DNA from: Octopus bimaculoides
Taxonomy: Eukaryota
Direction of reading: 5' to 3'
NCBI RefSeq assembly: GCF_001194135.2
Contig: NC_068984.1
Span: 114,585,986-114,649,985 of the forward strand
Length of the DNA: 64,000 nucleotides
In this document: positions 26,192-39,920 of the stretch, one piece after another
Position numbering within the stretch: the stretch's first letter is position 1
Layout: each line of letters opens with the position of its first letter
Notes under the pieces: model-generated
Told to the model about the DNA's origin: nothing
Databases searched by the model: none
Seen by the model: only the letters and a program-made list of their open reading frames with translations
Translations under genes and position numbers: made by a program

Positions 26192-26236
<45 letters not shown>

Positions 26237-26466
26237 TACATACAGGCATCACTAAATATATCCCCAATGGTTGTTATATTTTTTTGGAAAACGCAACAGG
26301 ATGATGTCTATATTACATTATTACAATAACCAATAATATGTCGTGCATGTATAGTAATATTACGATCATGAAATAAGCATTAGCTTATCTGACTCTTTCC
26401 TTCGGAACCTCTAGGAACCTTTTACAGAAACCTAGGGTTCCCCAGAACCCTGGTTGAGAAACACTG
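25756..26466. mobile_element. hAT-type MITE spanning an assembly gap
   Basis: TIRs cagtgattctcaacc…ggttgagaaacactg; internal part is duplicated across the N gap; TSD not evident. Confidence 0.7.
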
Positions 26467-27104
26467 GTTTATAATGTCATCCTGGGGGAGGGGGTTATTA
26501 TGTTATTTGCACAACTGAATAAAACTTTCTTATTCACACTTGTGACATATTAAAAGAATGTAAAATCAGGATATTTCCCCACATTCCTGTTGTTTCTCTC
26601 TGAAAACCACTGAAGCAAATCTTTCTTCCTTTTTCCAAGTTTCATGTCAGACACAGAACAACTATAGTGTGAGTCAATGACTAACCCTACTAGAAATAGC
26701 AAATATCTCTCAAGTCTAACATCTGTTGTTTAAAAAAAAAAAAAAAGAGGACACATTGGACCATGTAGTCCTAAGTATACTACCTTAGAAAAGGCAAAAA
26801 TAGGATGGCCACAACAGGAATGCAATGGAAGATAAGTTCTGTTTTATCAAAACTGACATGGGAGCTAAACCAACCACCACCACTAAATATAGTGAGAAGA
26901 CAGGAGTTATCAAATTTATGGAACTTTACAAATCAAAATTGAAAGGAAAATGCTTGTCAATGAAATTTAACTATATAGTAGCTTAACTAATACATATATA
27001 TTATGGAGTAAAATATGATAGCAAATATATAACACCTTAACTCTTTTGACACCAACCTGCCTAGGAACACTTCAGGTTCTGTTATTAAAAAAAAGTTGTT
27101 TTAA

Positions 27105-27506
27105 AATACTCTTTTACTCTGTTACTTGTTTCAGTCATTTGACTGCGGCCATGCTGGAGCACCGCCTTTAGTGGAGCAAATCGACCCCAGGACTTATTCT
27201 TTGGAAGCCTAGTCCTTATTGTATCGGTCACTTTTTGCCAAACCGCTAAGTTACGGGGACGTAAATACACCAGCATCGGTTGGTTGTCAAGCAATGGTGG
27301 GGGGACAAACACACACACACACACATATATATATACATATATACGACGGGCTTCTTTCAGTTTCTGTCTACAAAATCCACTGACAAAACTTTGGTCGGTA
27401 CGAGGCTATAGTAGAAGACACTTGCCCAAGGTGCCACACAGTGGGACTGAACCCGGAACCATGTGGTTGGTAAGCAAGCTACTTACCACACAGCCACTCC
27501 TGCGCC
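27105..27506 (-). mobile_element. Young full-length SINE family A
   Basis: As for 8803-9193. Confidence 0.92.
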
Positions 27507-27874
27507 TGTTCATATCTCAATAAAATCCATCAGTTATAATTTTTGTTATTAGTTATATTTCGTACATCAACTTAGTACTTTTATTACCATATATCTGTTG
27601 AGATACTCTTTTTCTGTTTTAATTAATTTCAAAAACAATTAAGAATTTAGTGAAATAACTTTGTTATTATTGTTAAGCTGATGTTTCAAATATAACATGA
27701 AATTTTGAAAGTAGTTTTTAATTTAGATCAATTTAAAATAGGAAATTTATATTATAGAACCTGGGGTAATTTTGAGCAGGTTGCTAACAAAAGGATTAAC
27801 AATGAAAAATCCCTCAAAATTATCTATTTCTTAAATTAATTAAAATACACAAGCTGCGTATTTATTAGGTGTCA

Positions 27875-28245
27875 TAGGTGTGTGTGGCTGTATGGTTACA
27901 AAGTTTGCTTTCTAACCACATGATTTTAGGTTCAGTCCCATTGCATGGCACCTTGGAAAAAATACCTTGTGAGAGCATTTGGCAGAGGGAAACTAAAAGA
28001 AGCCCATTGTACATGTATGTGGGTGTCCCCTTGTTTTGACATTGCATGATAGTTGTTTCAAACAAGCAATGTCATTCATTCCCAAATATTCTGTGAAAAT
28101 ATATTTAGCTAAAAGGAAATATTAGTTTGGTGATGATTGGTAATGGGAATAGCCTCCAATCATAGAAAATCTGTCTCAATAAACTCCAAGTGACTCATGC
28201 AAGCATGGAAAATGTGGACATGAAAGCCATGATGATGATGATAAT
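27875..28245 (+). mobile_element. SINE family B; other copies about 31302-31890, 44925-45365, 61702-62075, 63690-64000 (+) and 41570-41830 (-)
   Basis: Family-A head followed by ttctgtgaaaa…ttggtga…agaaaatctg…catgcaagcatggaaaa tail. Confidence 0.8.
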
Positions 28246-28840
28246 GAAAGTGTTAATAAATACTCTGTGAAGTCTACTGGTCAAAACATTAAAATACAGT
28301 TATTCAGGTTTCTCACAATTCCTTTACAGAGTATAAAAAAAAAACAAATAAATAAAAAGCTTTTTCTAGTTTCAAAATATTGCCAGTCAAAAAGTAGTTT
28401 TGAAATACATTGAAGAAACCTTAATAGTTAAAAAAAAAAAAAGAAAGAAAAAAAAAGACTTTATCCTAAAACCCATTCACAAGAAACATTTTTTAAAATA
28501 GTATATAAAACAAACTAAAAACAAATTGTTTTCTAATAACTGATAGTAAATTCATGTCCTTCAAAAGGAAGAAAAAAAAGAAAAAATGTTAAATTTAAAG
28601 TTTATAAATTTAGAGTCAGATTGTAAACATTATCATCACAGATTTGATTAAATGTTCATTAGTAAAATAAATTATATGGTAGCCTATTTAGTTCTTAATT
28701 AGAATGGACTACAATTTACACAGCACACAACCTTTGCAAACAAGATAAAGAAAAACAAAAAAACTTATGTCCTCACAAGATGATATAGTTAAAAATCTGT
28801 TCCTTATGTCATATTTAAATTAGGAAGAAAAAATAGCTCA

Positions 28841-29236
28841 AACTAGAAAAGCACTCGGAGAGCACAGACCTCTGCCAAGCAGCTCATTTTAAGATAGATA
28901 TGTGAGTAAAATTACTAATAGAGAAACTAAAATAAACTTTGGAAACAGCAATGCCACCATAGGTTATGTGGAAACAATGAACATGTTTTCAAGGGAGATA
29001 ATCAAAGAATGTAACGTAATGCTTCATGTAAAGTAAATATAAGAAATGAAAAATCCTTCAGGAATCCATAAAAATTCCTGCATCACTACCAAAATTTCAT
29101 TATCTGTTCCTTGTATCATTACCAACTTTTCCTGCAAATTTCATCAAATACCGTTCACAACTTGTTGAATTATTCTGCACACAGACGGACAAACCAATGC
29201 CGATGGAAACATAACTGCCTTCCTTGGCGGAGGTTA
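28841..29236 (-). mobile_element. Helentron-associated non-autonomous element (HINE/DINE-1-like)
   Basis: Minus strand starts taacctccgccaaggaaggcagttatgtttcc and ends cttggcagaggtctgtgctctccgagtgcttttctagtt: 12-bp sub-terminal IRs, gtccgtctgt micro-repeat, CTAG end. Confidence 0.75.
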
Positions 29237-29404
29237 AGCAACAGCTTAGAAAATGCTTTTTTTCTTTGTTTTGTTATTGATGACAATATATTCAATGTAA
29301 ACCACTTTAAAATTCTGTGGGGGGGGGGGCGCACGCGTCTTTTATGTTTTACTTGTTTCAGTCATTTGACTGCAGCCATGCTGGAGCACTGCATGGCCGT
29401 GGTG

Positions 29405-29576
29405 ACATGTAAAAGGCATCCACTACACTCTTGGAATGGTTGGCATTAGGAAGGGCATCCAGCTGTAGAATCCAAGCCAAATCAGACTGGAATCTGGTAC
29501 AGCTCTCCAGTTTACCAGTTCCAATCAAACTGTCTAACCCACGTCAGCATGGAAAGCAGATGCTAAATGATAATGA

Positions 29577-29614
<38 letters not shown>

Positions 29615-29725
29615 TGAGGACTGGTGAAACCGGATGGCAACACCAGGCTCCAATCTAATTNNNNNNNNNNAAATCGTCCAACCCATGCTAGCATGGAAAG
29701 CGGACGTTAAACGATGATGATGATG
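29405..29725 (+). mobile_element. Two RTE 3' tails; the second has an inverted 5' piece
   Basis: 29410-29580 degraded tail; 29612-29660 inverted segment; 29671-29725 young tail with (GAT)n. Confidence 0.8.
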
Positions 29726-29732
29726 ATATATA

Positions 29733-29772
<40 letters not shown>

Positions 29773-31577
29773 TACAGAATAGGTTTCTTTCAGTTTCCAT
29801 CTACTAAATTCACTTAGAAGGTTTTGGTTGGCCTGAGGCTATAGTAGATGACATTTGCCCAAGGTGGCATACAGTGGGACTAAACCTAGAATTATGTGGT
29901 TGGAACACACAGTGATGCTTGTGCCTAAAGCAAAGTCGACCTTGGCAGTATTTGAACTCAGAATGTAAAGATGGACAAAATGCCGCTAAGCATTTTGCCC
30001 ACCATGCTAATGCTTCTGCGGAGCCCTGCATTGAAAAGTTAATCAAAACAACCCCAGTATTTTTTAAGTACTTATTCTGGTATTTATTCCAACATTCTCT
30101 TTTTGCCAAAACTGCTAAGTTGTAAATACACAAACACAACAAACCAATCTGTCAAGCAGTCAGTAACAAATACACATAACAGGTTTATGGGTACTTTCTG
30201 TCTACCAAATTCACAAGGCATTGGTCTGCCCGGAGCTGAAGTAGCAGACACTAAAGGTGCCGCACAGTGGGACTGAACCCAAAACCAAGTGATGGCAAAG
30301 CAAACCTCTTAACCACACAGCCATCGATGTGCCTTTTTTTTCTGAGTGCATCATCATCACTGTTTTTACATCTGCATTTTTCATGCAGGTATGGGTTAGA
30401 TGAAATATCTTGAGGCAATATTCTGTGACCATTGGGCAACCTGAAGCAGTAGTAGGAGACACTCATGCAAGCTGCCATGCAAAAGGATTGAAACCGAAAT
30501 CACATGGTTGTGAAGTAAATTTCTTGACCACACAACTATGCCTATATCTGACCTATTCAAACAGCATCATCAAACATGCTTACATTATTATAATACAAAA
30601 TATCATTTTTCATTTTTAAGAGAAACAATTATCTAAATTTATATTGCAGTCATATTCATTTTGCAAATTAGCTGAAATACTTCTATGGGAAGCTATTTAA
30701 TATTCTAAATGTAAGCCCTTAAAAGATTTACACAGCACGGTGCCATAATTTATCAGTCAGTTTGCCAAAATTAACCAGTCATCTGATGAAAGAGAGAGAT
30801 GAATAGTAATCAATATTTTTAAAAAGCAATTAACCAAAGTCTTTAAAAAAAAAGAAGACTTACTAAAGGAAGATATCAAAAATTAGTGATCAAAAATAGA
30901 TGAACAACAAAATTCAAAAATGAATTCAAATTTGTAGCTTCAGTTTCAGTCTGTTTCAAGTGATACCAGAAAAATCACAATTCTTTCTAAATGAAAAAAT
31001 TCAGTACCATTTGATTTGGCAGTTATACCAACTCCACTGCAAATCTGTCGTCATATAACTATAATGCTTCTCTTTGTTTTTAACAAGATGCTATTCACAA
31101 GTAACCTTTTCATAATTATGTTTCTAAGTCCTCAACCAAGTCTTTTAACTATTCCTATCAAGTTAACACAATACCAGCTTCCTTGCATTCAGATTTTACT
31201 CCAAATACACATTGTCATACATACAGCAATGCTGCCTGTTGGTTTGAAAAAGAAATGAACAAACATATTCATTCTTGAAAAGAGAATAATTTTATTCAAA
31301 AGGTGCAGATGTGGCTGTGTGGTGAGAAGTTTATTTCCCAACTACATGGCTCTGGATACAGTCCCACAGCGTGGCACATTGGGCAAATATCTTCTACTAA
31401 AGCTCTAAACCAAACAAAGGCTTGTTAGTGGACTTGGAAGATGGAAACTGAAAGAAGCCTGTTGTATGCGTGTGTGTGTATGTATGTATGTATGTATGTA
31501 TATATATACACACACACACACACGCAAGCGCGCGCGCGCGCGCGTGCGTGCGTGCGTGCGTGCGTGTNNNNNNNNNN

Positions 31578-31639
<62 letters not shown>

Positions 31640-32338
31640 ATATATATATATTTTTATATTTGCATAGGTGTGTTACTGTCTTCTTGCTTTGGCATCATGA
31701 GATAGTTGTAAAGCAAATCTCACTGTCATGCAAGCAGTGCCCTTCATTACTAAACTTCTAGAAAAACATGTCTGCTCATGGAGGTGAGGGTTGGTGACAG
31801 GAAAGGCAATCAGCTGTGGAAAACCTGTTTCAATAAATTCTATTTAATCCAATGCAAGCATGGAAAAGTGGCTGTTGAAGCCAGGATGATTTGCTTCATT
31901 GTTTTTACAATGTTTTTTTTCCATGCTAACTAGGCCAAACAAATATATTACTGAGGTATTGTTTTACAGCCAAATAACCTTCCTGTTATTTACCTGTCTT
32001 TCAATAAAGGATCTCTTGTTCTATACCTCTTCAAAGGCACAAGGCCAGCAGACAATTTGTTAACAAAGAAAATGACGTCAACTTTCGTAGCTTAAGGATT
32101 TTCATAGAACTGAAAACAAACACATAGACATATAAACGCACACATACATAAGTCCTTTCAGTCTACCAAACCCACTCAGTAGGCTTAGATCAGCTCAGGG
32201 CTGTAGTAGAAAACACTTGCTCAAGGTATCATGCATTGGGACTGAACCAGAATCCACATGATCTGGAAGCAAATTTCTTAAACACAGAGCCATGTTTGTG
32301 CCTACTTCTATATATATATGTGAGTTGAAATTCATAGA

Positions 32339-32600
32339 GAAACAAAAGATAGAGACAGGTGTATGAACAACAAGCGTGTGTGTGTGTGTGCGTGTGCGTG
32401 TGTATAAGTTCAAATTTACAGAAAACAAAAGATGAAGGCAGGTGTAGGAACAACAAGTGTATTAGTCGAACACTCGGGAAGAATGGAAAAGTCTTTTACA
32501 TTTCGAGCCTATGCTCTTCGACAGAAAGGATTAAAAAGAAAAAATAGGAGAAAGAATGAAAGTGGAGAGAGAAAAAAAATGTGTAGGGATTAAAAAGTTT
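32339..32600 (-). mobile_element. Penelope-like terminal-repeat remnant with partial tandem duplication
   Basis: aacaaaagat…caggtgta.gaacaacaag occurs twice (about 32340 and 32424); homologous to 19592-19740. Confidence 0.55.
32493..32528 (-). ncRNA. Minimal hammerhead ribozyme motif, second copy
   Basis: Minus strand: CUUU-CUGUCGA-A-GAGC(AUAG)GCUC-GAAAU-GUA-AAAG. Confidence 0.6.
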
Positions 32601-33185
32601 AATATGATCAAATAGCCAGAAGAAAGAGCCTGAATGAAAGGGAGATAACGATGGTGACCTGGTCAAACAAATTTGCACACACACAAATACAGAGGGAGAG
32701 AGAGAGCTTGCACATGAGCATAATACAATTTTAGTTCATCTAGAGATAGGCATTTAATGACAGAATGAATCACTCAACAACTGGTTGGTGATATGACTTA
32801 ATGTGAATTAAACAAGGAAAATGAGAGCTCAAACATACCACAAAGGAAATATGGAATTTTTAACACCTGTTACCTTGCAAGACATCTAGAATATTCACTG
32901 CATCATGCACTATTGAGCTAAAGGCAGTAGTTTAGCCAGGAGAGTGAGAGAGAGAGAGAGAGAGAGAGTGAGTGTGTGTGTTTGCTTATGTTTATGTATA
33001 AAATAGTGCAAAACTTGGTGTTGTAACAAAAAGTGAGACTTAGCCAATACAAGTTAAAAGGTTGTACATTAGTGAAGCAATGCCAACAAAAACAGAACCA
33101 AAAAAATATGATACCATGAATATCATGTTATAGTTAAGGTCATGTAGAAACAGGAAGAAATATCAGTAAAGTATTGGTCACTTAC

Positions 33186-35097
33186 GAAAAGATTGTGAAA
33201 AGTTAAAAAATAACTGTATAGTTTTGAACTTATAAAGACTTTATAAAAGGGTATATTTTCTATCTTTAAAATATCTATATCTTTAACATCACCCACATCA
33301 ATCCACCCACTTTCAGTAGGCCTGTGAAGGCCTACAGTACAACTCCTTCTTGAGCAAAACAATTTTTCTATTTTTTAAATACATACCACCTAGTTTCTTT
33401 TTCCACTCACCTCCTCGTAACTTGAGGTGCCACTTGGACACTTAATAACCACTATCTTTTTGCAGTTACATCAGATTCATTTCCCACTCTCTTTAATGTG
33501 AGTAGCCATGTAGCTTCCCTGCAAGAACTTGCTCTACCCCACCCCTTCTCTCAAACCTTAGCTTTCATCTGCTAGCATAAAGTCCTTTTCTTCAGGTTTC
33601 ATAGGCTTCTAACCTGCATGGCAACGTTGCTAGTGCTGGTAGCATGAGAAAAGTACCTAGTACACACTGTAAAGTGGTTGGCATAAAGAAGGCATTCAGG
33701 CACAGAAACCATGCCAAAGCAGTCACTGGAGTATGATGCAGTCCTTGGACCCATCAGATTCTATCACATTGCCAACCCATGCCAGTATGTCATGGATGTT
33801 GATGATGATGAACTTATAGCAGCATGTAAACAGCCAGTGTTTCACTCAGTTTCATAGGGTTTACTGGTTGAGAGGTACATTTTTTTATATTAAACACTAG
33901 TTTATTGCAAGTAACACTCTCAGATGATTGAGTACTCACTTCTGACAAATGTACTGAAGCAACCAAATGTCTTCCACAGATTTGAACTCTATAATTTACA
34001 AACTGGTAATCTGACACCTTATCCACGTCAACATTTTACCCTCTTCTAAAATACCTGCATTGCTTTCCTGTTGCTAAAGTACAGTTCAACAGGAAATGTA
34101 AGTTATAAAATATAGAAACCAGTCTGAATATAATGTGAATGTATGCTTGGAGTGGTATCACTTTACAGTTAATAATATTACACACACTTTGCTTCATATA
34201 ATAATATAAGGGCAAGTAAAGGCTAAAGATAGTTTTATCAATGCCAACAATCATCATATTTGATAAACTAATTTCTAATGAAATACACATTAAGAAGCGC
34301 TGTGAAGCTTCTACGCAACACAGGTTTGCCAATATACATGACTTTGAATCAAGCCTTTATTAAAGCTTATGGTTATTTTCCATGTCAATATTGATTAACT
34401 GAACATGAATATCATAATTGCATGCATGCTCGCCATATCATTGCATTTAAAAAATAAAAAAACCTCCAGCCAAACTCAAGATTCTAAATCTGCCTTTTAA
34501 AAATATTCTGTATATAATCCTATTTTAACTTCACACCTGCCACTACAGAGAAACAGACTGACTAAATTCTCTCATAAATCATTCAGTATTATGTTTTCAT
34601 AATAAAAATGGTGTATAACACCAGTGATAATAAAAAAGAATAAAAAAGGTACTACATAAAAGTTCTAAACAATAGTGTACTTCCCTTTATAACTCTATAC
34701 TTTCTGTGATGACCTTTGCAACTCCTTTATTGAGAGAAAAACCTTTAGTTATAGAGGTAGAAGGCTATTACTCCTCACTGTAAAGTATAAATTGATCCAT
34801 AAAAAATCATTAATTCCTAGCCTATATAATACAATTCATAGATTCAACTGTATTCCTTCTCATTCACATTTTCTTGTTCATATATCTCAATGAAAAGTTA
34901 CAGTGAAAATCAGTTCTGTTATACTTTGCAAGCTTTTCTCAGCAACATATTTTAGTTTATCTCAAATGACATTATGTCACCATATCTCAGAGATTTTTGT
35001 GGCCCCAATACAGAGTTTCAGTGCCCTTAAACTATCATACCATTCCAGAGATTCCAATGTTCTTAATCTTATACAAGAAACAGTTTTCCACAATGTA
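33186..35097 (-). CDS. Candidate four-exon chain of an unidentified gene (35041-35097, 34055-34073, 33940-33988, 33186-33321 or -33348)
   Basis: Donors gtatga, gtattt, gtgagt, gtaagt; phases 0/0, 0/1, 1/2, 2/0 give YIVENCFLYKIKNIGISGMQQESNAEFKSVEDIWLLQYICQKPTESGWIDVGDVKDIDILKIENIPFYKVFISSKLYSYFLTFHNLF. A second frame chain is also open for the first three exons; no family recognised. Confidence 0.3.
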
Positions 35098-35156
35098 CTT
35101 TTGGGAATATATATAAATATAAACTTACATTTATTGATTCATAAATACATAGTTAC

Positions 35157-35195
<39 letters not shown>

Positions 35196-35784
35196 AGCAT
35201 ATTTTTGTTGAAGCATACTACCTTTGTTTTAATTAATTTAGAAAATAATGAAAAATTTAGTAAAATAAATGTCATATTAAGTTGGTGTTTGAAACAATTT
35301 ATGAATACTGAGGGAAGGTTTTGAATCTAGATCACTTTTAAACAGAAATTTCGTATCATATGACCATGAGCAGTCTCAGGCGGGTTGGTATCAAAAGCTA
35401 CACACACACACACACACACACGCATTTACTTTCATATATACATAATGTAAAGAACTAAATTCCAACAAACCCATGTAGCTATTCCACTTTTCTTATATCA
35501 TTAATACATAGTTATTACCACTTCCATTTTCCCTCTCGCCTTAAAGTTAATAGGGTTGATTAGAGCTGATGATTCATTGATGAAGGCCTCTTAATCAGAG
35601 ACATACTTGAGATAATTATTTCTTTATTTACATACACACAGGCACTGCTTTGATATCATGCTTGCTAATCTTTTTCCTCCAGAGGTTAAGGAAATTCACT
35701 AGGTGTTGTTTTGATATAAATGAGGGGAAAAGTGACATAAGTCTTTTGTACAAACCAAATAAACACACACGAGCTTCTTTGAGT

Positions 35785-36016
35785 TTCTTATTTCTTTACT
35801 GCCCACAAGGGGCTACACACAGGGGGGGACAAACAAGGACAGACACATAAATCGATTACATCGACCCCAGTGCGTAACTGGTACTTAGTTAATCGACCCC
35901 CGAAAGGATGAAAGGCAAAGTCGACCTCGGCGGAATTTGAACGCAGAATGTAGCGACAGACGAAATACCGCTAAGCATTTTGCCCGGCATGCTAACGTTT
36001 CTGCCAGCTCGCCGCC
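35785..36016 (-). mobile_element. Young Nin/Deu-like SINE
   Basis: Minus strand ggcggcgagctggcagaaacgttagc…gtcgactttgcctttcatcctttcggggtcga…; CpGs intact. Confidence 0.9.
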
Positions 36017-37348
36017 TTCAGCTTCTTTCAGTTTCTGCATACCAAATCCATACACAAAGCATTTGGTTGGCCTAAGGCTATAGAAGACACTTACCCAAGG
36101 TACCATACAATGAGACTGAACCTGAGACCATATGGTTTGGAAGCAAGCTTCTTAGCCATAAACACACACACACACACACACAAAATGAAGGCAACATATA
36201 ATAACAAAAGCTTTAATAAAAAGTTGCAGTCTGCATCTTTACTGTCGCTATAATTAAACTCTGGTCAGTCTTCATGATCAAAGACAAACTTTTACAGACA
36301 TTGCCTAGCCCTAGCCAAGACAATGTTTCCTTTTTCTTTTTCTTTTTTCATTTTTTGAAGATAACAGGGTGTGATTTGAGGGAGATTTGGCAACAAATTC
36401 GAGTACTTCAATTTAGCCCTTATTGAATTGTCAATTTGCATGTTGGATATTGTGGTAATTTTCACTTTAGCACAGACCAATAAAAAAAAAAAAATTTTTA
36501 AAAATCGAGCATAAGACATTCATTTTAAAATTCAAAAATTTCTACATTCATTTTTTTTTTAGAAAATGATCAATGTATGTGCAATCATCATCAACATCAT
36601 GGTGATGTTGTTGCTAATCTAGAACAAAACAGGCCCTAGAAAAGCAGTATTTCAGTTTTCTTTAGATGAAGCAGGAAGGACAGAATCAATAAAGATAAGA
36701 GGGTTGGATTTAGTTATGTTTAGTTAGATTAGTTACAGGCAAAATTTAGTTAAAATTTGAGTAGCATCAAACAGGATATCAAATTCAAATATGGACTGTT
36801 CATAGGGTAAGAATTTAGCCATTTGTAAACAGAGATTGATAAAATAAATATCAGACGAAAAATACAGGGATCAGTTTAATCAAGTAAAACATTTGAAGAT
36901 GGCACCTGCACATGGCTATAGCCCAAAGAGAAAGGTAAAAAGAATCTAGTCAAATTAGCTTTTTGTTGCAGAATAGCAGAATACTATACCCTGTTCAGCA
37001 CATGTCAAAGCTTAAATCAAGCATAAAATAACCCACAGCTTTAAAACAGCAAAGTAACAGCAAATCAATATAGCAAACAATGGTAGTCAATGAAATCAGA
37101 AGACAAAGAAATAAAAAATTTTAAAAAAAATAAAATGGAAAAAAAAAAAAAAACAGGATAAAAAATACTAAAAACAAATGTGACCTATTTAGCAAGCAGC
37201 CCTATGAAGTTTCTAAAAGAGTAACAGACTAAACGTGTTTATAGAATATTTACATCCTCATTTGTATGCATGTTTACCTCCAACCACCCCAATCAAAACC
37301 AACAACAACAAATGAAGAATGCCCACACCAAATGGTGAATTATTTTCC

Positions 37349-39158
37349 TTTTAACTTCCACCCAAGATTACTCCTGGCTATATAATCATACAAACTTCTG
37401 ATTCTAAAGTAATCTAAATTAAAACCTTCCATCAAAATTTCATGTTTATTTTTTTTCCAATGATAATAACCTTAATAACAACATATTTAAGTAAATTCTT
37501 CCTCATTTTCAAAAATTATTGAAATAACGGCAAAACCTTCAATCTAACATGTTAATTTATGTTCCAAACACCAGCTTAACAATGACAAAGTCATTTTACT
37601 AATTTCTTCATTATTTTCATAATTAATTGAAACAAAAATTCATTTCAATAATAATTTAATAACGAAAGTGTTAATGTTAGAGATATTTTTTAAAAGTCAC
37701 ACAAAACAATACTGACTGTTTATATTCCTAAGAAGTTATTTTCAATTGAGAGCTCAACCTTTTAACTGAAAATTTTGTAGTTGAGGATCCCAAATGAATC
37801 AGCAAGATAAAGGTCCTGGGGTGGGGGTAATTTTCTGACCTAGCTATTTCTTTCAGCTGAATCCTTTCACTTATTACATCTACTAAACACCTAAAGGTAC
37901 ACACAGCTTGACACACATGTTAAAAAGAGTATTGTCTATATGGTTGCTAGACCATGGACAAACTATAGCACTGGTAGCAACTACTACTATTCACTAAATC
38001 TTAAAATTCTGGGTGCTGCTACCTGCTTTAAATATGACTAGTTTCATGAACAATAACCTGTAAAAGAATTGGTAAAAAAAGAAACAAAATAAACAAAATC
38101 AGTGGATAAAAGGACTATGGTGTTTGGTGGTATAATGTTTAGAATTATCTGCATACTTGACTGTTTTTGTTTTAATATTTTCAAGCTGCAGAAACAATAA
38201 GAACTAACATTAACAATCCTGAATAGCTTAGAAGCTTTAGAAAAACAAAATGTTATCCTTGAATCTAATACTAAACATGAGTCATCATTTGGATTTAAAT
38301 ATATCAAATGCGTAAATATTTAAAACACCTTCGCCATTAGCTAAAAATTGCTAACAAAAGTGAAACAGTCAAACTAAAAATGCACCTTAAGGCAGGGCTG
38401 AGTCATCATAACTAACAGTGAGAACACTGAATATGATTTTTTTCTTTTTATTAGACGACCTCTAAAATTTACTTGAGATTACTATTAAATATTTCAAGCC
38501 TCAATTGAAGTCATGATCAAATCTGCAAAACAGTTTATTGATTGTACCAGGTGCCAAAACATTTTCACTTATTTTTAGAGAAAGGCGAGCAAGTGAATGT
38601 GCATGTATGTGTGCTATCTGGCTTGAATTACAGGATAAAAAAACTATAGTAGCAACTGAGGTTGTTGATTCTCAGGTTAAGCCAACAGAAAACACTGGCA
38701 TGAAATTAACTCATAGGTACAAATCCACTTGAGACCACCATTGGTTCTATGATGCAGACTGCCAGCTTTAAAGTGACCTAAACTAAAAACCTTTCATCAA
38801 AATTCCATGTTAATTGATAGTCCAAACACCAGCATAATAAAGACAAAGTTATTTTACAAAATTATTTTCAAAATTGACTGAAACAAAGGCAATGTATTTC
38901 AGCATAAATATAGTAACAAAAGGATTAACAACCTTTTTCATACCAAGCTGAGCAAGACCACCCCCTTGTTCTATGACACAAACTTCCTATTTTAAAGTGA
39001 TCCAAAAAAAAATTGCCATCTAAATTCCTGTAAATTTATGTTCCAAACATTAGCTTAATAATGGCAAAGTTATTTTAATAGATTTCTTTTTATATTTTCA
39101 AAATTAATTGAAACAAAGGCAATGTATTTCAGTATAAATATGGTAACAAAAAGGTTGA
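37349..39158. mobile_element. piggyBac-like MITE family B copies (about 37349-37676, 38700-38925, 38930-39158); also about 23815-23960, 27570-27798, 35213-35400, 43614-43842
   Basis: Shared body …aaaaccttccatcaaaatt…ttatgttccaaacaccagcttaat…ttattttac…attgaaacaaag…gtaacaaaagg.ttaa. Confidence 0.75.
38024..38185 (-). CDS. Candidate small exons 38157-38185 and 38024-38057
   Basis: tttctgcag/gtatgc and cttttacag sites around a 99-nt intron-like spacer; LENIKTKTVK-LLFMKLVIFKA is in phase; the second donor (gtagca) is weak. Confidence 0.2.
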
Positions 39159-39873
39159 ACAGTTCATAATTATATAAGCATTGGCCCAATTAGTATTTAT
39201 ACAGTTTCACTTTTTCCTTTATTAAAATATAGCAAAATTTACTACTCCCAGTTTGTTCTATTTTTCTATTTCACAGTTAATGAAGAACAGATATGTTGCA
39301 GACATAAAAACACAACAGAGGAAATAGTAGTAGGTTTCCTGGTATACCAGCATCATTTCTCATATTACTATCGATGCATCATCAATATTGAATTAAACAT
39401 ACTGTAAATAGGATGTTCCAATATTTTAAAAACAAACAAAAATTCTAAAGGAAATATCCCTCCAACTGTAACTAGTTCAAATTATAGTGTTTGCTCCACT
39501 TTTGTTAAAGTAGTAATCACCACAACCATTGCTTAAGAAACCTTTAAGTCACACCAAACAACTTCATAAAAAAAGAAAAAAATAAGCTACCCCCAAGTTA
39601 CCATTATATCATAATACCGTTTAAGAAAGAGTTAAATTACCCCAAAACTATTTTGTTATTTATCAAAATGATTACCATGAGAAAGTTTACTTTAATAAAC
39701 ACACATTCCCTGTTATGTAACAGATTTACAACACATTCAAAATAAGAGGGATAATCTCCAAATATTCTGTATTTTCAGCAGTATGGTTTAATGATTATTA
39801 ACACACGTACAGCTGCCTCAACAACAAACAAAATCTAGAATTAAATTTTCATGCTTATGATGCTTTAGTAATA

Positions 39874-39920
<47 letters not shown>

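Noticed and set aside
25757-26222. Exact ~165-bp direct repeat on both sides of an N gap, producing 171-174 aa ORFs
   Set aside because: Identical copies flanking a gap next to (TA)n are the signature of unmerged overlapping contigs; assembly artefact.
39274-39340. Plus-strand exon-like segments with strong acceptors (also about 35688, 41211, 42736)
   Set aside because: Isolated, mostly closed frames or no partner exon; expected by chance.
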